Shown: positions 43,038 to 52,600 of the stretch, piece by piece | Numbering within the stretch: position 1 is the first letter of the stretch | How the letters are laid out: each line of letters begins with the position of its first letter | Origin: Gammaproteobacteria bacterium | Lineage (GTDB): Bacteria; Pseudomonadota; Gammaproteobacteria; Natronospirales; REEB76 | Assembly: GCA_035691665.1 (NCBI GenBank) | Contig: DASSIS010000089.1 | Span: 3,145-67,144 of the forward strand | Reading direction: 5' to 3' | Length of the DNA stretch: 64,000 bases | The notes under the pieces: model-generated | Seen by the model: only the letters and a program-made list of their open reading frames with translations | What the model was told of the DNA's origin: nothing | The model's database searches: none | Program-made: the position numbers and the translations under genes

Positions 43038-43517
43038 TTAGCCCCCGGCCCGGCCAAAGGCCAGGGCGCCGATGAGCTTCAGGACCGCGAAACGGTTCAC
43101 GCCCTTGCCGAAGAGCGACATGATCTTGGAGGGTTTCACGTTGATCGCACCGAGGTACATGGTGCCGGGCGCTTGGGCGAGCTTTGCCGCATAGCGCGCG
43201 TCCTCGCTGTCATCGGCCGTGACCTGGATCGCGCCGAGATACAGGGCGCCCTGCTGCTTGGCTTCGCGGGCGGCGAGTCGGGCATCGGGGCTATCGGCGG
43301 CGGTCACTTGCACCACGCCGAGGAAGGCCGTGGAGCCGTACTTGGAACGGGCGCGGTGGCCGGCTCTGCCCTCCACGTCGGCGGCGGTCACCTGGATGGT
43401 GCCGAGGTCCAGCACCGGACTCTGATGGGCCCGGGCCGCGTGGGTCGCCAGGCTCGTGGCGCCGAGCCCGAGGCTCAAGGCGATGGCGAGGCTCAATTTG
43501 CGAAAGTTGATGTTCAT
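43038..43517 (-). CDS. Secreted repeat protein with TonB-box-like motifs, unknown function
   Basis: 159 aa with signal peptide MNINFRKLSLAIALSLGLGATSLATHA. Four units carry LG at residues 38, 66, 94 and 122: LDLGTIQVTAAD, FLGVVQVTAAD, YLGAIQVTADD, YLGAINVKPS. Confidence 0.6.
   Translation of the reverse strand: MNINFRKLSLAIALSLGLGATSLATHAARAHQSPVLDLGTIQVTAADVEGRAGHRARSKYGSTAFLGVVQVTAADSPDARLAAREAKQQGALYLGAIQVTADDSEDARYAAKLAQAPGTMYLGAINVKPSKIMSLFGKGVNRFAVLKLIGALAFGRAGG
43125..43412 (-). repeat. Intragenic tandem repeat, 84-nt (28-codon) period, about 3.5 copies
   Basis: The repeated DNA is visible as ctcggc(a/g)...atccaggt(g/c)ac(c/g)gcc at an 84-nt period on the minus strand. The copies have diverged, which argues against a recent expansion. 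Confidence 0.7.
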
Positions 43518-43573
43518 GTCCTGGCTCCTTCTCTTTCGTTAGCCGGCTCCTCAGGGAACCGATTCCGTAGTGG

Positions 43574-43593
43574 TGTTGTAGCTAACTATAACA
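43574..43593. promoter_or_regulatory. Imperfect 20-bp palindrome, candidate operator for the GntR/YtrA regulator
   Basis: TGTTGTAGCTAACTATAACA is self-complementary at 16 of 20 positions. It sits in an AT-rich patch 57-76 nt upstream of the first gene of the cluster. Confidence 0.35.
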
Positions 43594-43830
43594 CTAAAAA
43601 ATACGATTGCAAGCCCTCAAGCCTGAATTTTGCGCAGTCTCCAATCTCACCTTTCCAAACAATGGCTTACAAGACTTCTCTGTACTTTGGAGCCTGTCCG
43701 CCCATGCTTCCGGCGGCCATATCGCTGGCTACCGCACAACACGCCCATAACACCACCCTCTCCATATATTTAGGTGGGCACCTCATACCGCTCCGCACTT
43801 GGGAGGGTAAAAAGCCAACCCCCGTGCCGG

Positions 43831-43839
43831 TGCTAGAAT
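43831..43839 (+). promoter_or_regulatory. Candidate extended -10 promoter (TGcTAGAAT) for mdh
   Basis: TG-n-TAGAAT lies 75 nt upstream of the mdh ATG. No good -35 is present. Confidence 0.4.
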
Positions 43840-43913
43840 CGCGTCCCCTGCGCGGACCCGCCCGGTCTGCGCCCCCTCTCGGATGACCCGCCAACCAACG
43901 GAGCTCGACGTCC

Positions 43914-44906
43914 ATGGCCACGAAGAAACCCGTCCGCATCGCAGTCACCGGCGCCGCCGGCCAGATCGGCTATCAACTCATCTTCCGCATCGCCGCGGGC
44001 GACATGCTGGGCCCGAAGCAGCCTGTGATCCTGCAGTTGCTGGAGGTCCCGGGTGCCATGCCGATGCTGAACGGCGTGGTGATGGAGCTGACCGACTGCG
44101 CGTTCCCGCTGGTCGCCGGCATCGTGGCCACCGACAGCGCCGAGACTGCCTTCAAGGACGCGGACTACGCCCTGCTCGTAGGCGCCAGGCCCCGAGGCCC
44201 CGGCATGGAGCGCAAGGACCTCTTGCTCGAGAATGCCAAGATCTTCTCCGCCCAGGGCCAGGCGCTGAACAAGACCGCGAAGAAGAACGTGAAGGTGCTG
44301 GTGGTGGGCAATCCGGCCAACACCAACGCGCTCATCGCCTCCTCCAATGCGCCGCGGATCCCCAAGAAGAACTTCTCGGCCATGATGCGCCTCGACCACA
44401 ACCGTGCCCTAGGTCAGCTCGCCGCCAAAACCGGCACCCATGTGAACGACATCAAGCGCATGACCATCTGGGGCAACCACTCCTCCACCCAGTACCCGGA
44501 CATCAACGCCTGCACCGTGAAGGGCAAGGCGGCGATGAAGCTCGTGGACCAGGCGTGGGTGACGGGAGAGTTCATCCCCACCGTGCAGCAGCGCGGCGCG
44601 GCCATCATCAAGGCACGCGGCGCCTCCTCCGCCGCCTCCGCGGCCTCCGCCGCCATCGACCACATGCGCGACTGGGCGCTCGGCACCCCGAAGGGCAGCT
44701 GGGTGAGCATGGCGGTGCCGGCCGACGGCAGTTACGGCATCAAGGCCGGCATCATGTACGGCTACCCCGTGACCTGCAGCAAGGGTCAGTGGAAGATCGT
44801 GAAGGGCCTGAAGGTCGATGCCTTCTCCCAGGAGCGCATGCGTGCCACCGAGGCGGAGCTGCGGGAGGAACGTGACGGGGTGAAGGATCTCCTGCCCGGG
44901 GGCTGA
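43914..44906 (+). CDS. mdh: Malate dehydrogenase (LDH-like MDH class)
   Basis: Starts [33 protein letters not shown]. 330 aa, typical throughout. Confidence 0.95.
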   Translation: MATKKPVRIAVTGAAGQIGYQLIFRIAAGDMLGPKQPVILQLLEVPGAMPMLNGVVMELTDCAFPLVAGIVATDSAETAFKDADYALLVGARPRGPGMERKDLLLENAKIFSAQGQALNKTAKKNVKVLVVGNPANTNALIASSNAPRIPKKNFSAMMRLDHNRALGQLAAKTGTHVNDIKRMTIWGNHSSTQYPDINACTVKGKAAMKLVDQAWVTGEFIPTVQQRGAAIIKARGASSAASAASAAIDHMRDWALGTPKGSWVSMAVPADGSYGIKAGIMYGYPVTCSKGQWKIVKGLKVDAFSQERMRATEAELREERDGVKDLLPGG

Positions 44907-44928
44907 CCCGGACCAAGGCCGGTACAGC

Positions 44929-44950
44929 CAGGGGGCCTCACGGCCCCCTG
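44929..44950 (+). terminator. Stem-loop after mdh (terminator-like, weak U tract)
   Basis: CAGGGGGCC-TCAC-GGCCCCCTG forms a 9-bp GC-rich stem 23 nt after the stop. It is followed by CTCATCTATATA. Confidence 0.5.
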
Positions 44951-44976
44951 CTCATCTATATAGGTAGAGGAGCGAC

Positions 44977-45408
44977 ATGGGACGCGTCGAGATCACGCTG
45001 CCGGAACGCTTCCCCTACACCGTGGAACTCGCGGTGCGGGTAGCGGACCTCAACTACGGCAACCACCTCGGCAACGACGCGGTGCTAGGCCTGCTGCACG
45101 AGGCCCGACGCGGCTATCTGCTGTCGCTCGGCACCGACGAGATCGGTGCCGACCAGGTGGGATTCGTGGTGGCGGACGCCGCCGTCATCTACCGTGCCCA
45201 GGCTTTCTATGGCGACCGCTTGCGCATCGAGGTGGCGGCCGGCGACTTCTCGAGCCGCAGCTGCGCCTTCTACTTCCGCGTGAGCAACGCAACCGACGGG
45301 CGGGTGGTGGCCGAGGCGCGCACCGGCATGGTGTGCTTTGACTTCAAGGTGCAGAAAGCGGTGACCATCCCCGCCGGCCTGCGCGCTCGCTTGCAGGCAG
45401 GAGTATAG
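44977..45408 (+). CDS. Hotdog-fold acyl-CoA thioesterase (4HBT/YbgC-like)
   Basis: 143 aa with the pattern V.V.DLNYGNHLGNDAVLGLLHEAR, typical of 4HBT thioesterases. Confidence 0.65.
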   Translation: MGRVEITLPERFPYTVELAVRVADLNYGNHLGNDAVLGLLHEARRGYLLSLGTDEIGADQVGFVVADAAVIYRAQAFYGDRLRIEVAAGDFSSRSCAFYFRVSNATDGRVVAEARTGMVCFDFKVQKAVTIPAGLRARLQAGV

Positions 45409-45463
45409 TTTTCCAGAGGCGCAGGGTGTCACGGCGCCCCAACCAACATTGGACGGATATCCC

Positions 45464-47920
45464 ATGCTGAGCGCACTCCTCTGGCTCCTCGTGTTCGTCG
45501 CCGGCAGCCTGGCGCTGGCCTATAACCGCGTGCCGCTGCTGCTCACTAGCCTCGCCTATCTCGCGTTCTTGCTCGTCTACAGCATCGCGCACACCGGCCC
45601 CTACTGGCTGCAGCTGGTCTTCTGGGTGGCGTTCTTCGCGCTCGCCATCCCGGTCAACGTGCTCGCGATCCGTCGCCACTACATCTCGCGGCCGCTGCTC
45701 AACATGTTCCGCCAGATCATGCCGGAGATGTCCGAGACCGAGGCTGCGGCCCTCGAGGCCGGCACCGTGTGGTGGGACGGCGAACTCTTCAGCGGCCGCC
45801 CCAACTGGCAACGGCTACTCAACACACCGGCACCCGCCATCAGCACCGAGGAGCAGGCCTTCCTCGACCGTGAGGTGGAAGAGCTCTGCGCCATGATCGA
45901 TGAGTGGAAGGTCACCCACGAGTGGTGCGACCTGCCACCCGAAGCCTGGGACTACCTGAAGAAGAAAGGCTTCTTCGCCATGATCATCCCGAAGCGCTAC
46001 GGCGGCCGGGAGTTCTCAGCGCTGGCGAACTCCGAGGTGCTCGCCAAGATCGCCACCCGCAGTCCCACCTGCGCCTCCATCGTGGCGGTGCCGAACTCCC
46101 TGGGACCGGCGGAGCTCCTGCTGCGTTACGGCACCGAGGAGCAGAAGAACCACTACCTGCCACGGCTCGCCTCCGGCGAGGACGTGCCCTGCTTCGCGCT
46201 CACCGGCCCCACCGCGGGCTCCGACGCCGCCTCCATCCCCGACACCGGCGTGGTGTGCAAGGGCATGTGGGAGGGTAAGGAAGTCCTCGGCATGCGCCTG
46301 AACTGGAACAAGCGCTACATCACGCTCGCGCCGGTAGCTACTGTGCTGGGTCTCGCCTTCCGGCTCACGGATCCCGACCATCTCATGGGCCAGGTGGATG
46401 ACTACGGCATCACCTGCGCGCTCATCCCACCGCACCTGCCCGGCGTCAGCATCGGCCGGCGCCACTTCCCGCTCAATCTACCCTTCCAGAACGGCCCGAC
46501 CCACGGCAAGGACGTGTTCGTGCCGCTCGACTTCATCATCGGCGGCCCCAAGATGGCCGGCCACGGCTGGCGCATGCTCATGGAGTGCCTGGGTGCGGGC
46601 CGCGCTATCTCCCTGCCTTCCAACACCTGTGGCGGCTCCCGCCTTGGCGTCTATACCAGCGGCGCCTACGCGCGCGTGCGCAAGCAGTTCCGCCTGCCCA
46701 TCGCCCGCTTCGACGGCATTGACGAAGTGTTGGGCCGCATGGGCGGCACCCTCTACGCCATGGAGGCGGTGCGCACCATGACCGCCGGCGCCATCGACCA
46801 GGGCGAGGCCCCCTCGGTGTGTGCCGCTATCTCCAAGTGTCACGTCACCGAGATGGCGCGTCACGTGGGCAACGACGCCATGGACATCCACGGCGGCAAG
46901 GGCATCCAGCTCGGACCGCGCAACTACCTCGGGCGCGGCTACCAGTCCATCCCCATCGCCATCACCGTCGAGGGTGCGAACATCCTCACCCGCAACCTGA
47001 TGATCTACGGCCAGGGTGCCATCCGCTGCCATCCCTTCGTGCTGAAGGAGATGCGCGCCGCCGCCTCCGAGGACCACGCAGCCGCGGTGATAGAGTTCGA
47101 TCAGGCGCTGTTCGGTCATATCGGGCTCGCCATCAGCAATGCTGCACGCTCGCTTTGGCTCGCGCTTACCAACGCCAAATTTACCCGCGTGCCGGTGGTG
47201 ACCCCGACCGAGCGCTACTACCAGCACATCAACCGCTACAGCGCGTCCTTCGTACTGGCCTCCGACGCTGCCATGCTAACACTCGGTGGAGCGCTCAAGA
47301 AGAAGGAGAAGCTCTCGGCGCGCCTCGGCGACATGCTGAGCTATATGTACATCGCTTCGGCGACCCTGAAGCGCTTCGAGGACCAGAACCGGCCGGCCGA
47401 GGATCTGCCGCTGGTGGAATGGGCCTGCCGCGATGCCCTCTACCGCCTGCAGGAGCAGATGCACGGCTTCCTGCGCAACTTTCCCAACAAACCGGTGGCG
47501 GCGGTGCTGCGCTTCCTCATCTTCCCGCGCGGCCGCATGTACTCCGCGCCTGACGACAGACTCGGTCACGCTGTGGCGGAGAGCATCTCCGTCCCGGGCG
47601 GTGCCCGCACCCGTCTCACCCGGAACACCTATGTGAGCGACAAACATTCGCCCGTGGGCATGTTCACCGAGGCGCTGGAACTCGCAGTCCAGCTCGAGCC
47701 CGTGGAGCGCCGCATCCGCGAGGCCGAGAAAGCCGGCCGCATCCGGGAGGGCGCCGGTGCCTCGACGGTGCTGGCGGCGGAGGAAGCCAAGATAATCACG
47801 GCACAGGAAGCACGCGAGCTGCTGCGGCTGGAGGAGCTCACCGCCGAGATCGTGGCAGTGGACGACTTCGACCCGAGCGAACTCGGCACCCATCCGTTCG
47901 CGAAACCGCTCCCGGCATGA
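45464..47920 (+). CDS. fadE: Acyl-CoA dehydrogenase FadE
   Basis: About 818 aa. The N-terminal membrane-associated segment plus MPEMSETEAAALEAGTVWWDGELFSG is collinear with E. coli FadE. The start is taken at ATG 45464; the track start is a TTG. Confidence 0.9.
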   Translation: MLSALLWLLVFVAGSLALAYNRVPLLLTSLAYLAFLLVYSIAHTGPYWLQLVFWVAFFALAIPVNVLAIRRHYISRPLLNMFRQIMPEMSETEAAALEAGTVWWDGELFSGRPNWQRLLNTPAPAISTEEQAFLDREVEELCAMIDEWKVTHEWCDLPPEAWDYLKKKGFFAMIIPKRYGGREFSALANSEVLAKIATRSPTCASIVAVPNSLGPAELLLRYGTEEQKNHYLPRLASGEDVPCFALTGPTAGSDAASIPDTGVVCKGMWEGKEVLGMRLNWNKRYITLAPVATVLGLAFRLTDPDHLMGQVDDYGITCALIPPHLPGVSIGRRHFPLNLPFQNGPTHGKDVFVPLDFIIGGPKMAGHGWRMLMECLGAGRAISLPSNTCGGSRLGVYTSGAYARVRKQFRLPIARFDGIDEVLGRMGGTLYAMEAVRTMTAGAIDQGEAPSVCAAISKCHVTEMARHVGNDAMDIHGGKGIQLGPRNYLGRGYQSIPIAITVEGANILTRNLMIYGQGAIRCHPFVLKEMRAAASEDHAAAVIEFDQALFGHIGLAISNAARSLWLALTNAKFTRVPVVTPTERYYQHINRYSASFVLASDAAMLTLGGALKKKEKLSARLGDMLSYMYIASATLKRFEDQNRPAEDLPLVEWACRDALYRLQEQMHGFLRNFPNKPVAAVLRFLIFPRGRMYSAPDDRLGHAVAESISVPGGARTRLTRNTYVSDKHSPVGMFTEALELAVQLEPVERRIREAEKAGRIREGAGASTVLAAEEAKIITAQEARELLRLEELTAEIVAVDDFDPSELGTHPFAKPLPA

Positions 47921-49380
47921 AGAAGCCGCTGGTCTACGAGGTCACGCTGGACATCGGCGCGGAGCTCGCGCCTGAGTTCGACGTCTGGCTCGCCGACCAT
48001 GTGCACGCCATGCTGGCGCTGCCGGGATTCACCGACGCCCGTATCCTGAGCCCGGAAAACCTAGACACCGCACCCGGCTCGCCGACCACGGCGCGCCGGG
48101 TGGTGCAGTACACCCTCGCCGGCCGCGCCGAGCTCGACCGTTACCTCGCCGAACATGCCTCGCGCATGCGCGCCGAGGGGGTCAAGCGCTTCGGCGAGAA
48201 GCTCAAGAGCAGCCGCCGCGTGCTGGACGTGGACCAGTCCCTGGCGGGGGTGCCGGCGCTGCCGGGCCTGGTGCTGATGCCCGAGACCGATCGTTGCCGT
48301 AATTGCGGCACACCGCTCAACGGCAAGTTCTGCGCCGAGTGCGGCCAACGCAACCATAGCGCAGTCTCGACCCTGAGGGAGATAACCGAGGACTTCGCCG
48401 GCACCCATTTCGGCTTCGACACCCGGTTCATCCACAGTATAGTGCCGCTCTTGTTCCGACCCGGTTTCCTGACCCGTGAGTACTGCATCGGGCGCCAGGA
48501 GCGCTACATCAAGCCGTTCCGGCTCTACCTGTTCAGCAGCGTGGTTTTCTTCTTCCTGGCCGCCTTCATGTGGTCGACGCCCCTCAGTTCCGGCAAGACC
48601 CAGAACCTGAGCCCCCAGGCCAAGGCGGAGATCAGTGTGGCGGACCGGGAGGCGACACGGGCGCAGCTCAACAAGGCCCTGGAGGAGATCAAGGCGAAGC
48701 CGGGAGAGGACGAGGCGGAGAAACACTTCGCCGAGGCCATCGTCATGGACCAGTTGGCCAAGCTGGACCAAGCGGCGGCGCCGGCGAGCAAGTCAGGGGC
48801 CGCAGCGGTGGCGACGGCCGCAGCACCCGCCGCCGCGAGCAAGCGCCACACCACGGCTTCCTACAACTACAACGGCGGTGACATCGATATCGACCTGCCC
48901 TCGGACTATAAGCCCAAGGACGCGACCGAAAGCAGTTTCATCGACAAGCTCTCCAAGATCAAAGACAACCAGGACCAGTTCAAGCATCAGCTCTACCAGA
49001 ACTTGCCGAAGATGATGCTGCTGTTCATGCCGCTCATCGCCATGTTCCTGAAGCTGCTCTACATCGGCTCCAGACGCCTCTTCACCGAGCACTTCGTATT
49101 CACCCTGCATTACCACGCCTTCGTGTTCGTGGTGATGCTGGTGGTGATGCTCATCGGCTTCGGCGCTCGGCACATCATCTGGCTCGAACCCCTGAAGCGC
49201 GAGGCCGGCACCGTGGCGGGTTGGTACGTAGCCATCTACCTGTTCCTGGCGCTGCGCTTCTTCTACCGGCAGTCCTGGTTCATGACGGGCTTGAAGTTCT
49301 TCATGCTTTTCATCAGCTACTGCATGGCGGCAGGTATCACCTTCGCGGCGGCGGTGGCCCTCACCGCGGCGGAGATCTAA
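47917..49380 (+). CDS. Fusion protein: DUF4286-like N-domain, zinc ribbon, DUF3667 membrane domain
   Basis: Zinc ribbon CRNCGTPLNGKFCAECGQ. DUF3667-type LLFRPGFLTREYCIGRQERYIKPFRLYLF plus C-terminal TM helices. The start overlaps the fadE stop (ATGA). Confidence 0.65.
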   Translation: MKKPLVYEVTLDIGAELAPEFDVWLADHVHAMLALPGFTDARILSPENLDTAPGSPTTARRVVQYTLAGRAELDRYLAEHASRMRAEGVKRFGEKLKSSRRVLDVDQSLAGVPALPGLVLMPETDRCRNCGTPLNGKFCAECGQRNHSAVSTLREITEDFAGTHFGFDTRFIHSIVPLLFRPGFLTREYCIGRQERYIKPFRLYLFSSVVFFFLAAFMWSTPLSSGKTQNLSPQAKAEISVADREATRAQLNKALEEIKAKPGEDEAEKHFAEAIVMDQLAKLDQAAAPASKSGAAAVATAAAPAAASKRHTTASYNYNGGDIDIDLPSDYKPKDATESSFIDKLSKIKDNQDQFKHQLYQNLPKMMLLFMPLIAMFLKLLYIGSRRLFTEHFVFTLHYHAFVFVVMLVVMLIGFGARHIIWLEPLKREAGTVAGWYVAIYLFLALRFFYRQSWFMTGLKFFMLFISYCMAAGITFAAAVALTAAEI

Positions 49381-49627
49381 ACCCGGCTAGGCCATCAGCC
49401 CTTCGCGCCCTGCGTTCCTCTGAGAACCCCCTGATCGTCAGATTATTTCGAATATCTTGGTCTAACCCTTTATATGTGAAGGGATTTACAAAAGCTTTGG
49501 ACTATCCATTGAAGGATATATAGGCAGGGCCGGGTATTTGGCCTAAATTTACTTAATGCAGGACGCCTGCCGTCCGGTTTCCGGGCGACTCCGGCTGGGA
49601 TGGCCGACAAGGGGCAGGTGACGCGGC

Positions 49628-52600
49628 GTGAAACTCGCCAGCGCCTTCAATCATTCGCCGAACCTGGTGACGCTCACGCGCCTGGCCGATGACCTCTATG
49701 TGGACGTCAACGACGCCTTCGAGCGGGTGCTTGGCTACTCTCGTTCCTCCATCATCGGCCAGAACCCGGTAGCCCTCGGGGTCTGGGACGGCCCCCGTCG
49801 CGAACGCTTCCTCAACGCCCTGCGCAAGTACCACAGCATCGCCAACCAGCCCGCGAGCTATCGCCGCCGCGACGGCGGTGAATACCAGGGGCTGCTGAAC
49901 GCCGAGGTGGTCTCCTTCGAGGGCGAGGACTATGTCCTCTGCATCGTGCAGGACCTGGTACCCGCCGATCCCGTCACCGAGACCAGCCGCAAGAGCGCCC
50001 TCGATCACGCAACGGAAGCCGTGTACGTGACCAGTCCCGAAGGGCGCTTCCTGGAGGCCAACCCGGTGCTGGCACGGCTGCTCGGCTATGCCTCTCCGGA
50101 GGAACTGCTCCGGGAGGTGCAGGACATCGGCGTCCAGGTCTATGCCGACCCGGACATGCGTGTGGACCTGCTCGCGGCCCTGGAGCGAGACGGCCAGGTG
50201 GAGAACCGCGAGGCCCAGCTGCGGCGCCGCGACGGCAGCCTCATCTGGATCTCCGAGAACGCCCAGGCGGTGCGCGACGCCACCGGCAAGCTGCAGCGCA
50301 TCGCCGGCAGCTTCGTGGACGTGAGCGCCCGCAAGGAAGTGGAGGCGGCGCTGCAGCTCTCCGAGCAGAAGTACCGCACCCTCGTAGACCACAGCCAGGA
50401 CGGCGTGTTCATCACCCAGGAGGGCATCTACACCTACGTCAACCAGGCCTACGCCGACATGCTGGGTTACGACGTGATGGAGATGACGGGCAGCCCCTAC
50501 GCGGACTTCATCGCCCCTGAGGACCGGCGCTTCCTCGAGGAACTGTGGAAGAAGCGTCGTGCCGGCCAATGGGAGCAGAACGCCTACGAGGTGCAGCTCC
50601 TCAAGAAAGACGGCCGTACCCGGGTGCTGGCCTCGGTGCGTTCCGGTCCCATCATGCTTGGCGGTCGCCTCGCCAGCACCGGCACCATCCGTGACATCAC
50701 CGAGGAGCGCCGCACTCAGCAGGCGCTGCTCGCCGCCGAGCAGAAATACCGCGCCATCTTCGAGAACGCGGTGGTGGGCATGTACCAGAGCACGCCCACC
50801 GGCCAGTACCTCAAGGCCAACAACGCCCTCGCCCGGATCTTCGGCTTCGACACCCCCGAAGAGATGTTCGGGAACATCAAGAACATCAGCGAGCTGTACC
50901 GCAGCCCCGACGAACGCAGCACCGTCAACACCGAACTGGAACGGGTGGGCCTGGTCACGGGCAGGGAGGTTGAGATGCGCCGGCGCGACGGCCAGAGCAT
51001 CTGGATCTCCCTGAGCGCACGCGTGGTGCGCGACGCAGAGGGTGCGGTCGCCTACTACGAGGGGTCGCTGCACGACATCACCGCCCGCAAGCGCGTGGAG
51101 GCCGCGCTGCAGAGCTCGGAACAACGCTACCGTATGCTGGTGGATCACAGTCAGGTCGGCGTGTTCATTAACGAGAACGGCCGCTACAGCTACGTGAACC
51201 ACGCCTTCGCGACCATGCTGGGCTATACCGAGGCCGAGCTAACCGGCATGAGCTACCGCGACATATTCCCACCCGACGAGCTGGCCGCCGCCGACAGCCG
51301 GTTCCTGCGGCGCCAGCGCGGCGAGGACGTGCCCAACAACTACGAGTCCACGCTGCTCTGCAAAGACAAGAAGACGCGCCTCAACGTCACCCATAGCATC
51401 GGCACCATCGACGTAGACGACCACCGCTTCATGATCGGCACGGTGCGCGATATCACCGACCAGAAGCGCATCGAGGAGCAACTGCGCCACAACGCGACCC
51501 ACGACCCGCTCACGGGCCTGCCGAACCGTACCCTGTTCATCGAGCGCCTAGCCAAGGCCATGGAGCGCAGCCAGCCCCAGGGCTCGCCGGGCTACGCGGT
51601 GCTGTTCATCGACCTCGACAGCTTCAACGTGGTGAACGACAGCCTGGGGCACGCCGCCGGCGACGAGTTGCTGGTGCAGGTGGCGCAACGCCTCAAGCAG
51701 TGCCTCGGCCCCTGGGACACCCTCGCCCGCCACGGCGGCGACGAGTTCACGGTGCTGGTGGGCCAGACCCTCGAGCTCGACGACGCAGTGGAGGTGGCCG
51801 AGCGCATGCTGGCAGAGCTCATGCGCCCGGTGAAGCTCGGCGACAACGAGATCTACACCAACGCCAGCATCGGCATCGCCCCCGGCAACCCGGACTACAC
51901 CTCCACCGAGGAACTGCTGCGAGACGCAGACACGGCCATGTACCGTGCCAAAGCCGCCGGCAAGGCGGGCTATGTGGTCTTCGACCAGGAGATGTACGCG
52001 AAGGCACGCGCCCGACTGCGCGTAGAGACGGAACTGCGCCAGGCGCTGGAAAACCGCGAGATGCGGGTCCACTACCAACCCATCGTCACCCTGCAGACCG
52101 GCCAGTTGCTGGGCTTCGAGGCGCTGCTGCGCTGGCAACATCCGGTGCGCGGGCTGCTGGGCCCCGACGAGTTCCTGAAGGTGGCGGAGGAGACGGGCCT
52201 CATCCTGCCCATCGGCTGGTGGCTGCTACGTGAAGCCTGTCGCCAGACCCGGACCTGGCGCGACCGGCACCCGGAAGCGCGGGACCTGACCATGGCGGTG
52301 AACCTGGCCCACAAGCAGTTCATGTATACCGGGCTGCCGCAGCAGGTGTCGGCGGCGCTGCAGGAGACGGGGCTGCCCGCCGACGGCCTGCATCTCGAGA
52401 TCACCGAGACCGTGTTCCTGGAGAACCCCAAGGCCGCCGAGAGCACCCTGCGCCGGCTGCGCTCGCTGGGGATCGCGCTGCACCTGGACGACTTCGGCAC
52501 GGGCTACTCGTCCTTGAGCTACCTCTCGGCGCTGCCCCTGGACACCCTCAAGATCGACCGGAGCTTCGTCATGGACATGGAACGCAACCCCAAGCACGCC

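Noticed and set aside
43771-43790. TGGGCAC-N-...-CCGC next to the ATATTTAGG copy looked like a sigma54 -24/-12 promoter.
   Set aside because: The GG-to-GC spacing is off by one, the -12 element is not TTGC-like, and no enhancer-binding protein gene is nearby.
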